DNA of 60,892 nucleotides from a virus. Lineage: Duplodnaviria > Heunggongvirae > Uroviricota > Caudoviricetes. Location of the stretch: the IMG/VR virus record IMGVR_UViG_3300045988_133230; one strand, written 5' to 3'. Shown one piece after another: positions 28,908-38,234 of the stretch. Under the pieces are notes generated by a model that searched no databases, was not told where the DNA came from, and worked only from the letters and a program-made list of their open reading frames with translations. Numbering within the stretch: position 1 is the first letter of the stretch; the number at the start of each line of letters is the position of its first letter. Position numbers and translations under genes: made by a program.

Positions 28908-29133
28908 CAGCGATTATCCGTTGGAGTTTTGGGTTTGCGTTTATTGGGAGTTGCGGTTCTGCAAGCGTTCCTACAAAACGGGAATTTCGGTCAATCATCC
29001 AGTAGCGACCAACTTTTATAGCGGGTGGGGCCATCATTTTCCCTTGCGCGTATTTTTTCAGAACTCGCTCACTTGGTGCTAAGTCCCCAAATTCTTCTTT
29101 AGCCCAGTCCTGTAAAGTGATTAGTCGAGACAT
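28897..29133 (-). CDS. xis: excisionase
   Basis: 78 aa, overlaps int start; MSRLITLQDW... Xis-like winged helix. Confidence 0.7.
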   Translation of the reverse strand: MSRLITLQDWAKEEFGDLAPSERVLKKYAQGKMMAPPAIKVGRYWMIDRNSRFVGTLAEPQLPINANPKLQRIIADGC

Positions 29134-29272
29134 TTGTCCTCCTCTTAGCTGCTGAGGGAGTTTGTGACCGATATATCTGACATGATATTAAGCTCATGGC
29201 AGGTACATCTCTTGACTGGTCATAGAGATAAATTTAATGCTGAGAAATGCAGTATTGAATTTATCAATTTTT

Positions 29273-29512
29273 CTATTTCCTGCGTATGGCACGTAACTTC
29301 TTAATGTGTTCTGCCGTTTCGATCTCTTCTGCTATCCGATCTGCATCAGCTTTATTCACAGGTTCAAAGTCATGATTAAAGCGGAACATGCTGGCGATAC
29401 ATGTTCTGCCTTTTCGGATGTAGTGAACTTTGTTGTGGGTAGAACGCAGGATTTTGCAGGGAGTGCCGTGGTGGTCGACGTACCAGGTGTTAGGAAAAAT
29501 GATTCTGAACAT
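29273..29512 (-). CDS. hypothetical protein
   Basis: 79-aa ORF in early-left region. Confidence 0.4.
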   Translation of the reverse strand: MFRIIFPNTWYVDHHGTPCKILRSTHNKVHYIRKGRTCIASMFRFNHDFEPVNKADADRIAEEIETAEHIKKLRAIRRK

Positions 29513-29559
29513 TTTTACACCTCAGTTGGACGATGTTGAAATTTGCTGCTTTGAGGCCA

Positions 29560-29778
29560 TCACAGTCCCCATTGTTTGTTCTTAAGTTCGATCTCCTCCT
29601 GGCAACTTGCACAAGTCCGACAACCCTGAACGGCCAGGCGTCTTCGTTCATCTATCGGATCGCCACACTCACAACAATGAGTGGCAGATATAGCCTGGTG
29701 GTTCAGGCGGCGCATTTTTATTGCTGTGTTGCGCTGTAATTCTTCAATTTCTGATGCTGAATCAATGATGTCTGCCAT
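29560..29778 (-). CDS. TraR/DksA-family C4 zinc-finger protein
   Basis: CCECG...x17...CRTCASC four-Cys motif. Confidence 0.6.
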   Translation of the reverse strand: MADIIDSASEIEELQRNTAIKMRRLNHQAISATHCCECGDPIDERRRLAVQGCRTCASCQEEIELKNKQWGL

Positions 29779-29876
29779 CTTTCATTAATCCCTGAATTGT
29801 TGGTTAATACGCTTGAGGGTGAATGCGAATAATAAAAAAGGAGCCTGTAGCTCCATGATGATTTTGTTTTTCATGT

Positions 29877-30158
29877 TCACCGTTCCTTAAAGACGCCGTT
29901 TAACATGCCGATCGCCAGGCTTAAATGAGTCGGTGTGAATCCCATCAGCGTTACCGTTTCGCGGTGCTTCTTCAGTACGCTACGGCAAATGTCATCGACG
30001 TTTTTATCCGGAAACTGCTGTCTGGCTTTTTTGATTTCATAATTAGCCTGACGGGCAATACTGCGAAGGGCGTTTTCTTGCTGAGGTGTCATTGAACAAG
30101 TCCCATGTCGGCAAGCATAAGCACACAGAATATGAAGCCCGCTGCCAGAAAAATGCAT
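29877..30158 (-). CDS. small early protein (lambda orf61-like); true start possibly ATG at 30092
   Basis: Position and size in lambda b-region equivalent. Confidence 0.45.
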   Translation of the reverse strand: MHFSGSGLHILCAYACRHGTCSMTPQQENALRSIARQANYEIKKARQQFPDKNVDDICRSVLKKHRETVTLMGFTPTHLSLAIGMLNGVFKER

Positions 30159-30168
30159 TCAGTGGTTG

Positions 30169-30360
30169 TCATACCTGGTCTCTCTCATCTGCTTCTGCTT
30201 TCGCCACCATCATTTCCAGCTTTTGTGAAAGGGATGTGGCTAACGTATGAAATTCTTCGTCTGTTTCTACTGGTATTGGCACAAACCTGACTCCAATTTG
30301 AGCGAGGCTATGTGCCATCTCGATACTCGTTCTTAACTCAACGGGAGATGCTTTGTGCAT
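30169..30360 (-). CDS. small early protein (lambda orf63-like)
   Basis: 63 aa [19 protein letters not shown]...; recalled similarity to lambda orf63. Confidence 0.5.
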   Translation of the reverse strand: MHKASPVELRTSIEMAHSLAQIGVRFVPIPVETDEEFHTLATSLSQKLEMMVAKAEADERDQV

Positions 30361-30521
30361 ACAGCCCCTCGTTTATTATTTATCTCCTCAGCCAGCCGCT
30401 GGGCTTTCAGTGGATTTTGGATAACAGAAAGGCCGGGAAATACCCAGCCTCGCTTTGTAACGGAGTAGACGAAAGTGATCGCGCCTACCCGGATATTATC
30501 GTGAGGATGCGTCATCGCCAT
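30333..30521 (-). CDS. small early protein (lambda orf60a-like)
   Basis: 62-aa ORF immediately upstream of exo stop. Confidence 0.4.
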   Translation of the reverse strand: MAMTHPHDNIRVGAITFVYSVTKRGWVFPGLSVIQNPLKAQRLAEEINNKRGAVCTKHLPLS

Positions 30522-31192
30522 TGCTCCCCAAATACAAAACCAATTTCAGCCAGTGCCTCGTCCATTTTTTCGATGAACTCCGGCACCATCTCGTCAAAAC
30601 TCGCCATGTACTTTTCATCCCGCTCAACCACGACATAATGCAGTCCTTCACGCTTCATACGCGGGTCATAGTTGGCAAAGTACCAGGCATCTTTTCGCGT
30701 CACCCACATGCTGTACTGCACCTGGGCCATGTAAGCCGACTTTATGGCCTCGAAACCACCGAGCCGGAACTTCATGAAATCCCGGGAGGTAAACGGGCAT
30801 TTCAGCTCAAGGCCATTGCCGTCACTGCATAAACCATCGGGAGAGCAGGCGGTGCGCATACTTTCGTCGCGATAGATGATCGGGGATTCAGTAACATTCA
30901 CGCCGGAAGTGAATTCAAACAGGGTTCTGGCGTCGTTCTCGTACTGTTTTCCCCAGGCCAGCGCCTTAGCATTAACTTCCGGAGCCACACCGGTGCAAAC
31001 CTCAGCCAGCAGGGTGTGGAAGTAGGACATTTTCATGTCAGGCCACTTCTTTCCTGAGCGGGGCTTTGCTATCACGTTGTGAACTTCTGAAGCGGTGATG
31101 ACGCCGAGCCGTAATTTGTGCCATGCATCATCCCCCTGTTCGACAGCTCTCACGTCGATCCCGGTACGCTGCAGGATAATGTCCGGTATCAT
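30512..31192 (-). CDS. exo: lambda exonuclease (Red alpha)
   Basis: 226 aa, near-identical to lambda Exo as recalled. Confidence 0.95.
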   Translation of the reverse strand: MIPDIILQRTGIDVRAVEQGDDAWHKLRLGVITASEVHNVIAKPRSGKKWPDMKMSYFHTLLAEVCTGVAPEVNAKALAWGKQYENDARTLFEFTSGVNVTESPIIYRDESMRTACSPDGLCSDGNGLELKCPFTSRDFMKFRLGGFEAIKSAYMAQVQYSMWVTRKDAWYFANYDPRMKREGLHYVVVERDEKYMASFDEMVPEFIEKMDEALAEIGFVFGEQWR

Positions 31193-31974
31193 GCTGCCGC
31201 CTTCTGCTCAGTGGCTTTCTGTTTCAGGAATCCAAGAGCTTTCACTGCTTCGGCCTGTGTCAGTTCTGACGATGCGCGAATGTCGCGGCGAAATATCTGG
31301 GAACAGAGCGGCAATAAGTCGTCATCCCATGTTTTATCCAGGGCGATCAGCAGAGTGTTAATCTCCTGCATGGTTTCATCGTTAACCGGAGTGATGTCGC
31401 GTTCTGGCTGACGTTCTGCAGTGTATGCAGTATTTTCGACAATGCGCTCGGCTTCATCCTTGTCATAGATACCAGCAAATCCGAAGGCGAGACGGGCACA
31501 CTGAATCATGGCTTTATGCCGTAACATCCGTTTGGGATGCGACTGCCACGGGCCGGTGATTTCTCTGCCTTCGCGGGTTTTGAATGGTTCGCGGCGGCAT
31601 TCATCCATCCACTCGGTAACGCAGATCGGATGATTACGGTCCTTGCGGTAAATCCGGCATGTACAGGATTCATTGTCCTGCTCAAAGTCCATGCCATCAA
31701 ACTGCTGGTTTTCATTGATGATGCGGGACCAGCCATCAACGCCCACCACCGGAACGATGCCGTTCTGCTTATCAGGGAAGGCGTAAATTTCTTTCGTCCA
31801 CGGATTAAGGCCGTACTGGTTGGCGACGATCAACAATGCGATGAACTGCGCATCGCTGGCATCGCCTTTAAATGCTGTCTGGCGAAGAGTGGTGATCAGT
31901 TCCTGTGGGTCGACAGAATCCATGCCGACACGTTCAGCCAGCTTCCCTGCCAGCGTTGCGAGTGCTGTACTCAT
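31189..31974 (-). CDS. bet: Red beta single-strand annealing protein
   Basis: 261 aa, near-identical to lambda Bet as recalled. Confidence 0.95.
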   Translation of the reverse strand: MSTALATLAGKLAERVGMDSVDPQELITTLRQTAFKGDASDAQFIALLIVANQYGLNPWTKEIYAFPDKQNGIVPVVGVDGWSRIINENQQFDGMDFEQDNESCTCRIYRKDRNHPICVTEWMDECRREPFKTREGREITGPWQSHPKRMLRHKAMIQCARLAFGFAGIYDKDEAERIVENTAYTAERQPERDITPVNDETMQEINTLLIALDKTWDDDLLPLCSQIFRRDIRASSELTQAEAVKALGFLKQKATEQKAAA

Positions 31975-31979
31975 CCGTT

Positions 31980-32276
31980 TTATACCTCTGAATCAATATC
32001 AACCTGATGGTGAGCAATGGTTTCAACCATGTACCGGATGTGTTCTGCCATGCGCTCCTGAAACTCAACATCGTCATCAAACGCACGGGTAATGGCTTTT
32101 TTGCTGGCCCCGTGGCGTTGCAAATGATCGATGCAGAGTGATTCAAACAGGTGCTGGGACAGACCCTTTTCCATGTCGTCTGCCAGTTCTGCCTCTTTCT
32201 CTTCACGGGCGATCTGCTGGTAGTGACGTGCCCAGCTCTGAGCCTCAAGACGATCCTGAATGTAATAAGCGTTCAT
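31980..32276 (-). CDS. gam: Gam (RecBCD inhibitor), short form
   Basis: 98 aa [21 protein letters not shown]...; in-frame stop upstream precludes the long form. Confidence 0.9.
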   Translation of the reverse strand: MNAYYIQDRLEAQSWARHYQQIAREEKEAELADDMEKGLSQHLFESLCIDHLQRHGASKKAITRAFDDDVEFQERMAEHIRYMVETIAHHQVDIDSEV

Positions 32277-32351
32277 GGCTGAACTCCTGAAAATGGCTGT
32301 GAAAATATCGCCCGCGAAATGCCCGGCTGATTAGGAAAACAGGAAAGGGGA

Positions 32352-32762
32352 TTAGTGATTGAGGCCGTTACCGCGTCCGTCGAGAAAAACTTCCACGAGC
32401 AAATCACGGGTATAAGTGCGCTCGATGCCGCGATGCAGATAAAGCCGTCCGCGTAAATTAGCTGATGCAGTCCAGGTACCATCTTTGTGTTTGACCAGCA
32501 TTCCTGGCATGACCGCACCTCGATTAACGGTCTGCGTTCCGTAATGTTGATGAACCATAAAAACTCCTGCCCGTAAGCTGGGCTGCTGAACATATAGAGA
32601 CTTCTGCGCGTATTCAGGCGGTGGATGGCCGCCGGTTGTCATAACTAAGCCGCCTCGTTGAAGCGACTGAGGTATGAGGTGTTGAGTTGATTTCAGCTGG
32701 TCACACCGACGTTCACGCGTCCGCTTCACCCCTCGCACTCCCCGGAGCCTGCTGAAATTCAA
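32352..32762 (-). CDS. hypothetical early-left protein in N position (start uncertain)
   Basis: Frame opens with TTG; first ATG at 32642 (MTTGG...); arginine-rich stretch KRTRERR upstream of that ATG. Confidence 0.4.
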   Translation of the reverse strand: MNFSRLRGVRGVKRTRERRCDQLKSTQHLIPQSLQRGGLVMTTGGHPPPEYAQKSLYVQQPSLRAGVFMVHQHYGTQTVNRGAVMPGMLVKHKDGTWTASANLRGRLYLHRGIERTYTRDLLVEVFLDGRGNGLNH

Positions 32763-33000
32763 GCTGCGGATCTAAGCGGTCATCGCAACGGTGAATCAGG
32801 TGATTGCCGTATCGTTGTGTTGTTGCGACATGGTGATAATAGCTATTGCTATTGACTATATCAATACTTATTGCTATTGATTGATGTGTTTTGATATTAA
32901 CTGTTTGATAGCAAAAAGAATTAATTTTGTGACTTGCATCGCATAGCGATAACTGAAGCGAGGTCGTGGTGGTTTTTTGAACGGTTTATGTGATGAGGGG
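32763..33000. promoter_or_regulatory. OL/pL-type control region
   Basis: Non-coding; three GCTATTG heptamers (32842, 32848, 32873), the same motif as in the cI-cro intergenic region. Confidence 0.5.
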
Positions 33001-33002
33001 AG

Positions 33003-33032
33003 GCAAAAGAAAACCCGGCACGACGGCCGGGG
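33003..33032 (-). terminator. intrinsic terminator after the cI-linked ORF
   Basis: Minus strand CCCGGC-CGTCGT-GCCGGG hairpin followed by TTTTCTTTT. Confidence 0.6.
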
Positions 33033-33035
33033 AAA

Positions 33036-33899
33036 TCATTTCGCATCTACAATAAATAACCTGTTTATCTGGCCTTTTTTAACAGTAGCCTTTGCGGTTA
33101 TAGTGAATACTGCAGATGGATCACCTTTGGTTGATATATATGCACTAAGAGCTCTAATATACGGGTTATTCTTCTTTCCTGCAGCTGGATCGCTAATTTC
33201 AGCAGTGATTCTCTTTTTTGAGTCATCACCATCTAAAATTATTTTAGCTGTCATATTTTGTGCATCAAATTCTGTAAGAAAAGCACGATACTCACGAAGA
33301 CCGAGAACTTCATCATCATCAAGCCTATCAATTTCAGCTTTATCTCTCTCGTTAACTTTTAGAAGGCAGCCGTCAACATTTGTTGCAACACTTATCTGAT
33401 CGCAAGTATTACCAATAGGTGATACTGCCTGCCTTACAGAGGGGCGAAGCTCTACAGCCATTCGGTCAATCAAAGAGATCAACTTATCAATGGTTCCAGC
33501 ATCCTTGTTTCCTAGTGCCTCTATGGCCTTTTCAAGTGACTGCTGCAAAGCTTTCATTTCATCTTTCTTGTTAGAATTTCTCGCAAAAATATATTGTAGT
33601 ATTGCGCCAAGTATAGTTGCGGCGATCCCCGAGAACAACTGGTTCTGAGTGGCGAAGTTAAGAACTGCTTCAAGAGTAAAGCAGTTAGCTTTTGCTTCGC
33701 GTGCGTAAACCTTAACTTCCTGATAATTAATGTATTTACTATATTTTTGTGTAACAGAGAAAGAAGCTGCTGTTGAGAGAACTTTAGAAAAACCCTTTAG
33801 GGATTCTCCTAGGCAGTTCAAATCTATTTCATGATTTAAAGCATCTTTTCCGTCATACCTAAGAGAGATTTTTATATCCTGTAAAGCGTCACAATCCAT
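33036..33899 (-). CDS. hypothetical 287-aa protein downstream of cI (rexAB slot)
   Basis: AT-rich ORF 66 bp downstream of cI stop, same strand, own terminator; one internal hydrophobic segment. Confidence 0.55.
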   Translation of the reverse strand: MDCDALQDIKISLRYDGKDALNHEIDLNCLGESLKGFSKVLSTAASFSVTQKYSKYINYQEVKVYAREAKANCFTLEAVLNFATQNQLFSGIAATILGAILQYIFARNSNKKDEMKALQQSLEKAIEALGNKDAGTIDKLISLIDRMAVELRPSVRQAVSPIGNTCDQISVATNVDGCLLKVNERDKAEIDRLDDDEVLGLREYRAFLTEFDAQNMTAKIILDGDDSKKRITAEISDPAAGKKNNPYIRALSAYISTKGDPSAVFTITAKATVKKGQINRLFIVDAK

Positions 33900-33965
33900 A
33901 AATCGCTCTCGTCTAATTCTAATTAAATTTACTATCCCCTAAACGACTCATCAGCACAGTACTGA

Positions 33966-34658
33966 TTATCCATGTTTCCTGTACGTCTGGGGCATGCTCC
34001 CAATAACCTTACCGAAGATGAACACCCGGTTCATCTCGTCTTTCTCGATCGGGTCCCACGGTGAGTAGCTCTTGTTATCAGAGATAACCAGCAGCTTATC
34101 CTTCATCATTTGCAGGCGCTTTACATGGGCGGTGTCGTCGTACAGAAACGCATAGATGCCATCACCGTCGAAAGATTTAACCGTGATATCAACGAACAGA
34201 AGATCACCAGGTTCAATCGTTCCTGACATGCTGTCACCGCGTACGTTAATGATGCGGATATTTTCTGCCTTCCTACCATCGAACATGTGACGAGCATCGT
34301 CAAACGAGTACTCAACCGAGCGTAGAACTTCTACAAACTCACGGTTGATGACTCCCGGCCCGGCACTCACTTCTATATCAAGAACGTCAATCTTGAAGTA
34401 TTTGGGATGGTTGGCAGTAGGCTTCCCTAATTGTTGACCGTCATTTCTCATCGGGCCTATGCCTGATGAGAGCCACTCTGTTCGAACACCCAATGCATTA
34501 GCTATTTCAACAATTTTTGTTGAGCCGCGCGCGTTGCCGCTTGTCAGTCTCCAGATTGTGGGTTGAGCTACGCCAGACGCCTTTGCAAGAGCGCCTTGAG
34601 ACATTCCAGATTGTTCCATCGCTAGGTTTAAGCGATCAGCAAGAGTTTCTTTTTTCAT
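33966..34658 (-). CDS. cI: CI-type repressor (HTH plus S24 LexA-like peptidase domain)
   Basis: HTH (QGALAKASGVAQPTIWRL), Ser-Lys dyad (GDSM...K); start placed at ATG 34658 (ORF track TTG at 34694). Confidence 0.85.
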   Translation of the reverse strand: MKKETLADRLNLAMEQSGMSQGALAKASGVAQPTIWRLTSGNARGSTKIVEIANALGVRTEWLSSGIGPMRNDGQQLGKPTANHPKYFKIDVLDIEVSAGPGVINREFVEVLRSVEYSFDDARHMFDGRKAENIRIINVRGDSMSGTIEPGDLLFVDITVKSFDGDGIYAFLYDDTAHVKRLQMMKDKLLVISDNKSYSPWDPIEKDEMNRVFIFGKVIGSMPQTYRKHG

Positions 34659-34768
34659 AAGTTTTAATTTATACGCTTGCGTATTGATGGTCAAAACACG
34701 TTTTGCTATTGCTGTGATTAATACGCATTGCTATTATTTATTCATTGTAATACCAATAGGAATTAATA
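34659..34768. promoter_or_regulatory. OR / pRM-pR divergent control region
   Basis: 14-bp perfect palindrome ATACGCTTGCGTAT (34671-34684) and GCTATT(G) repeats at 34705 and 34730 between divergent cI and cro. Confidence 0.6.
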
Positions 34769-34996
34769 ATGACAAATCAAACCATTCAACTCGCAATCAG
34801 TATTACAGGTAGTCAAAAACGACTGGCAGATCTATGCGGTGTAGCCCAGCCCACTGTTTGGCGTTGGCTACACGGTGGCGGAATTGATGCCCGCTATGTA
34901 ATGAAAATTGTCTCAGCCACTGGTGGAAAGATTAAACCAGCAGATATTCGTCCCGACCTCGCACCATTGTTTAACGCGAGTAATTCTGCCGCCTAA
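34769..34996 (+). CDS. cro: Cro-type HTH regulator
   Basis: 75 aa, HTH, divergent from cI. Confidence 0.75.
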   Translation: MTNQTIQLAISITGSQKRLADLCGVAQPTVWRWLHGGGIDARYVMKIVSATGGKIKPADIRPDLAPLFNASNSAA

Positions 34997-35020
34997 TCTG
35001 CGGCGTTAACTGATAAGGCA

Positions 35021-35566
35021 ATGACTATGCAACCACTTACATACCAACAGACTAGCGGATTTAGCCCGACTGCGGTGATAAATCGTTCTCAAACAAAACA
35101 GGCGCCAGGCCACGAAAAAATCCGTGATGCCGTTCGCGCCTGGTCGGCTGCAGATAATCAGGATGTTGTTGCCGCACTCATTGTGAATGAGTATCGGGAG
35201 CAGGGCGGCGGCACCATCGATTTCCCTGATGATGTCAGCCGTGCACGCCAGAAGCTGTTCCGCTTCCTCGATAACAAATTCGATTCTGAAAAATACCGAA
35301 ATAACGTGCGTGAACTGACCCCGGCAATTCTGGCGGTACTACCGCTGGAATATCGCGGCCACCTGGTTGAGCAGGATAGCTTCATGGCTCGGCTGGCTGA
35401 AATGGAAAAGGAACTCAGTGAGGCAAAACAGGCTGTCATTCTCAACGCACCACGCCACCAGAAACTGAAGGAGATGAGTGAAGGCATTGTGTCGATGTTT
35501 CGTGTGGACCCGGATCTGGCTGGTCCACTGATGGCGATGGTCACCACCATGCTGGGGGCAATATGA
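35021..35566 (+). CDS. regulatory protein in cII position (181 aa)
   Basis: Gene order cro - this ORF - O; longer than lambda cII. Confidence 0.5.
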   Translation: MTMQPLTYQQTSGFSPTAVINRSQTKQAPGHEKIRDAVRAWSAADNQDVVAALIVNEYREQGGGTIDFPDDVSRARQKLFRFLDNKFDSEKYRNNVRELTPAILAVLPLEYRGHLVEQDSFMARLAEMEKELSEAKQAVILNAPRHQKLKEMSEGIVSMFRVDPDLAGPLMAMVTTMLGAI

Positions 35567-35652
35567 CAGGTTCGGAAATGGCGAAAGCCGGTCTGCGCGA
35601 ACAGAACCGACTTTCAGGTGCAAATCGTAACACACTCATTGCGGGAGGAATT

Positions 35653-36582
35653 ATGGCAAACACTGCTGAGATATTCAATTTTCCAGTGCCGGATGTGGCA
35701 CAAAAGGAGCCGCGCGTGGCAGATCTCGATGATGGTTATACGCGCATTGCAAATGAGTTGCTGGAAGCTGTGATGCTGGCCGGATTAACACAGCACCAGC
35801 TTCTGGTCTTCCTGGCTGTCATGCGCAAAACATATGGCTTTAATAAAAAACTGGATTGGGTGAGCAACGAGCAACTTTCCGAGTTGACCGGGATATTGCC
35901 GCACAAGTGTTCTGCTGCAAAAAGTGTTCTGATAAAGCGTGGGATTTTTATTCAGAGCGGGCGGAATATCGGCATTAATAATGTGGTCAGTGAATGGTCA
36001 ACATTACCCGAATCAGGTAAGAAAAATAAAGTTTACCTGAAAGAGGTAAATTTACCTGAATCAGGTAAGAAAAGTTTACCCAAATCAGGTAAAGACGTTT
36101 ACCCGAATCAGGTAAACACAAAAGACAAACTAACAAAAGACAATATAAAACCTTTTTCGTCCGAGAATTCTGGCGAATCCTCTGACCAGCCAGAAAACGA
36201 TCTTCCTGTGGTGAAACCGGATGCTGCAATTCAGAGCGGCAGCAAGTGGGGGACAGCAGAAGACCTGACCGCCGCAGAGTGGATGTTTGACATGGTGAAG
36301 ACCATCGCGCCATCAGCCAGAAAACCGAATTTTGCAGGGTGGGCTAACGATATCCGCCTGATGCGTGAACGTGACGGACGTAACCACCGCGACATGTGTG
36401 TACTGTTCCGCTGGGCATGCCAGGACAACTTCTGGTCCGGTAACGTGCTAAGTCCGGCCAAACTCCGCGACAAGTGGACCCAACTCGAAATCAACCGTAA
36501 CAAGCAACAGGCTGGCGTGACAGCCGGAAAATCAAAACTCGACCTGACAAACACTGACTGGATTTATGGGGTGGATTTATGA
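35653..36582 (+). CDS. O: replication initiator O
   Basis: MANTAEIFNF...ADLDDGY resembles lambda O N-terminus; contains iterons; upstream in-frame ATG at 35563 possible. Confidence 0.8.
   Translation: MANTAEIFNFPVPDVAQKEPRVADLDDGYTRIANELLEAVMLAGLTQHQLLVFLAVMRKTYGFNKKLDWVSNEQLSELTGILPHKCSAAKSVLIKRGIFIQSGRNIGINNVVSEWSTLPESGKKNKVYLKEVNLPESGKKSLPKSGKDVYPNQVNTKDKLTKDNIKPFSSENSGESSDQPENDLPVVKPDAAIQSGSKWGTAEDLTAAEWMFDMVKTIAPSARKPNFAGWANDIRLMRERDGRNHRDMCVLFRWACQDNFWSGNVLSPAKLRDKWTQLEINRNKQQAGVTAGKSKLDLTNTDWIYGVDL
36004..36115. repeat. origin iterons (four TTACCCGAATCAGGTAA-type 17-mers plus one degenerate) within O
   Basis: Copies at 36004, 36052, 36076, 36099 (degenerate 36032), followed by an A-rich tract. 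Confidence 0.8.
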
Positions 36583-37280
36583 AAAACATCGCCGCACAGA
36601 TGGTTAACTTTGACCGTGAGCAGATGTGCCGGATCGCCAATAACATGCCGGAACAGTACGACGAAAAGCCGCAGGTACAGCAGGTAGCGCAGATCATCAA
36701 CGGTGTGTTCAGCCAGTTACTGGCAACTTTCCCGGCGAGTCTGGCTAACCGGGACCAGAACGAACTGAACGAAATCCGCCGCCAGTGGGTTCTGGCTTTC
36801 CGGGAAAACGGGATCACCACAATGGAACAGGTTAACGCAGGAATGCGCGTAGCCCGTCGGCAGAATCGACCATTCCTGCCATCACCCGGGCAGTTTGTTG
36901 CCTGGTGTCGGGAAGAAGCATCCGTTACCGCCGGGCTGCCAAACGCCAGCGAGCTGGTTGATATGGTTTACGAGTATTGCCGGAAGCGTGGCCTTTATCC
37001 GGATGCAGAGTCTTATCCATGGAAATCAAACGCGCATTACTGGTTGGTTACCAACCTGTATCAGAACATGCGAGCCAATGCGCTGACTGACGCGGAATTA
37101 CGGCGCAAGGCTGCCGATGAACTGACCTGTATGACAGCGCGAATTAACCGTGGTGAGGCTATACCTGAACCAGTAAAACAAATTCCTGTCATGGGCGGTA
37201 GACCTCTAAATCGTGCACAGGCTCTGGCGAAGATCGCAGAAATCAAAGCTAAGTTTGGGCTGAAAGGAGCAAGAGTATGA
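36579..37280 (+). CDS. P: replication protein P (DnaB loader)
   Basis: 233 aa, near-identical to lambda P as recalled. Confidence 0.9.
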   Translation: MKNIAAQMVNFDREQMCRIANNMPEQYDEKPQVQQVAQIINGVFSQLLATFPASLANRDQNELNEIRRQWVLAFRENGITTMEQVNAGMRVARRQNRPFLPSPGQFVAWCREEASVTAGLPNASELVDMVYEYCRKRGLYPDAESYPWKSNAHYWLVTNLYQNMRANALTDAELRRKAADELTCMTARINRGEAIPEPVKQIPVMGGRPLNRAQALAKIAEIKAKFGLKGARV

Positions 37281-37579
37281 CGGGCAAAGAGGCAATTATT
37301 CATTACCTGGGGACTCATAAGAACTTCTGTGCGCAGGACGTTGCCGCGGTAACAGGCGCAACCGTAACCAGCATAAATCAGGCTGCGGCTAAAATGGCGC
37401 GGGCAGGAATCCTGGTCGTTGATGGTAAGGTCTGGCGAACGGTGTATTATCGGTTCGCTACCAGAGAAGAACGGGAAGGAAAGGTGAGCGCGAATTTGAT
37501 TTTTAAGGAGTGTCGCCAGAGTGCCGCGATGAAACGGGTATTGAGGGTATATAAAAGAACATCAATGGGTACACAATGA
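37277..37579 (+). CDS. ren: Ren
   Basis: MTGKEAIIHYLGTH... matches lambda Ren. Confidence 0.8.
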   Translation: MTGKEAIIHYLGTHKNFCAQDVAAVTGATVTSINQAAAKMARAGILVVDGKVWRTVYYRFATREEREGKVSANLIFKECRQSAAMKRVLRVYKRTSMGTQ

Positions 37580-37646
37580 TGAAACAGGTGAGTTGAGTTC
37601 AAACTGTAGTACAATTCTCTCCAGTTTGAACAGGAAAGAATATGCT

Positions 37647-37979
37647 ATGAACCCTTATATTTATCTTGGTGGTGCAATACTTGCAGAGGTCATTGGTACA
37701 ACCTTAATGAAGTTTTCAGAAGGTTTTACACGGTTATGGCCATCTGTTGGTACAATTATTTGTTATTGTGCATCATTCTGGTTATTAGCTCAGACGCTGG
37801 CTTATATACCTACAGGGATTGCTTATGCTATCTGGTCAGGAGTCGGTATTGTCCTGATTAGCATACTATCATGGGGATTTTTCGGCCAACGGTTGGACCT
37901 GCCAGCCATTATAGGCATGATGTTGATTTGTGCCGGTGTGTTGGTTATTAATTTATTGTCACGAAGCACACCACATTAA
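37647..37979 (+). CDS. emrE: small multidrug resistance efflux protein EmrE
   Basis: 110 aa MNPYIYLGGAILAEVIGTTLMKFSEGF... matches EmrE (a DLP12 prophage gene in K-12); start at internal ATG 37647. Confidence 0.9.
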   Translation: MNPYIYLGGAILAEVIGTTLMKFSEGFTRLWPSVGTIICYCASFWLLAQTLAYIPTGIAYAIWSGVGIVLISILSWGFFGQRLDLPAIIGMMLICAGVLVINLLSRSTPH

Positions 37980-38234
37980 AAATAATTTATTTTTAAACGA
38001 CTAAAATATGGAGGTTCGTATATTTGTATGGGCCTCGTTTTATGCTTTTTGTTAATGTCTTTAGTTTTTATTCATTCTTTTGAACTTTCAAGATTATGGT
38101 GTAAGAAAATTGCAATACGATTATTGTTGTATATTCAAGATAATGTGACCTTAATTGTCTTTTTAAATAAAAATTAAACAAAAATCATATCTCACCACTA
38201 AGGTTTATAAAAGCATACTTTAGCAGGTGTCACC

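Noticed and set aside
32273-32593. 106-aa minus-strand ORF overlapping gam start and the N-position ORF
   Set aside because: Overlaps two better-supported genes in a different frame and has a Cys/Phe-rich composition that looks non-coding; the alternative frame (32352-32762) is more protein-like.
35563-35652. Extended O protein starting at ATG 35563
   Set aside because: The lambda O-like N-terminus (MANTAEIFNF) begins at 35653 with a strong GGAGG RBS; the upstream extension overlaps the preceding gene and is probably not translated, though not excluded.
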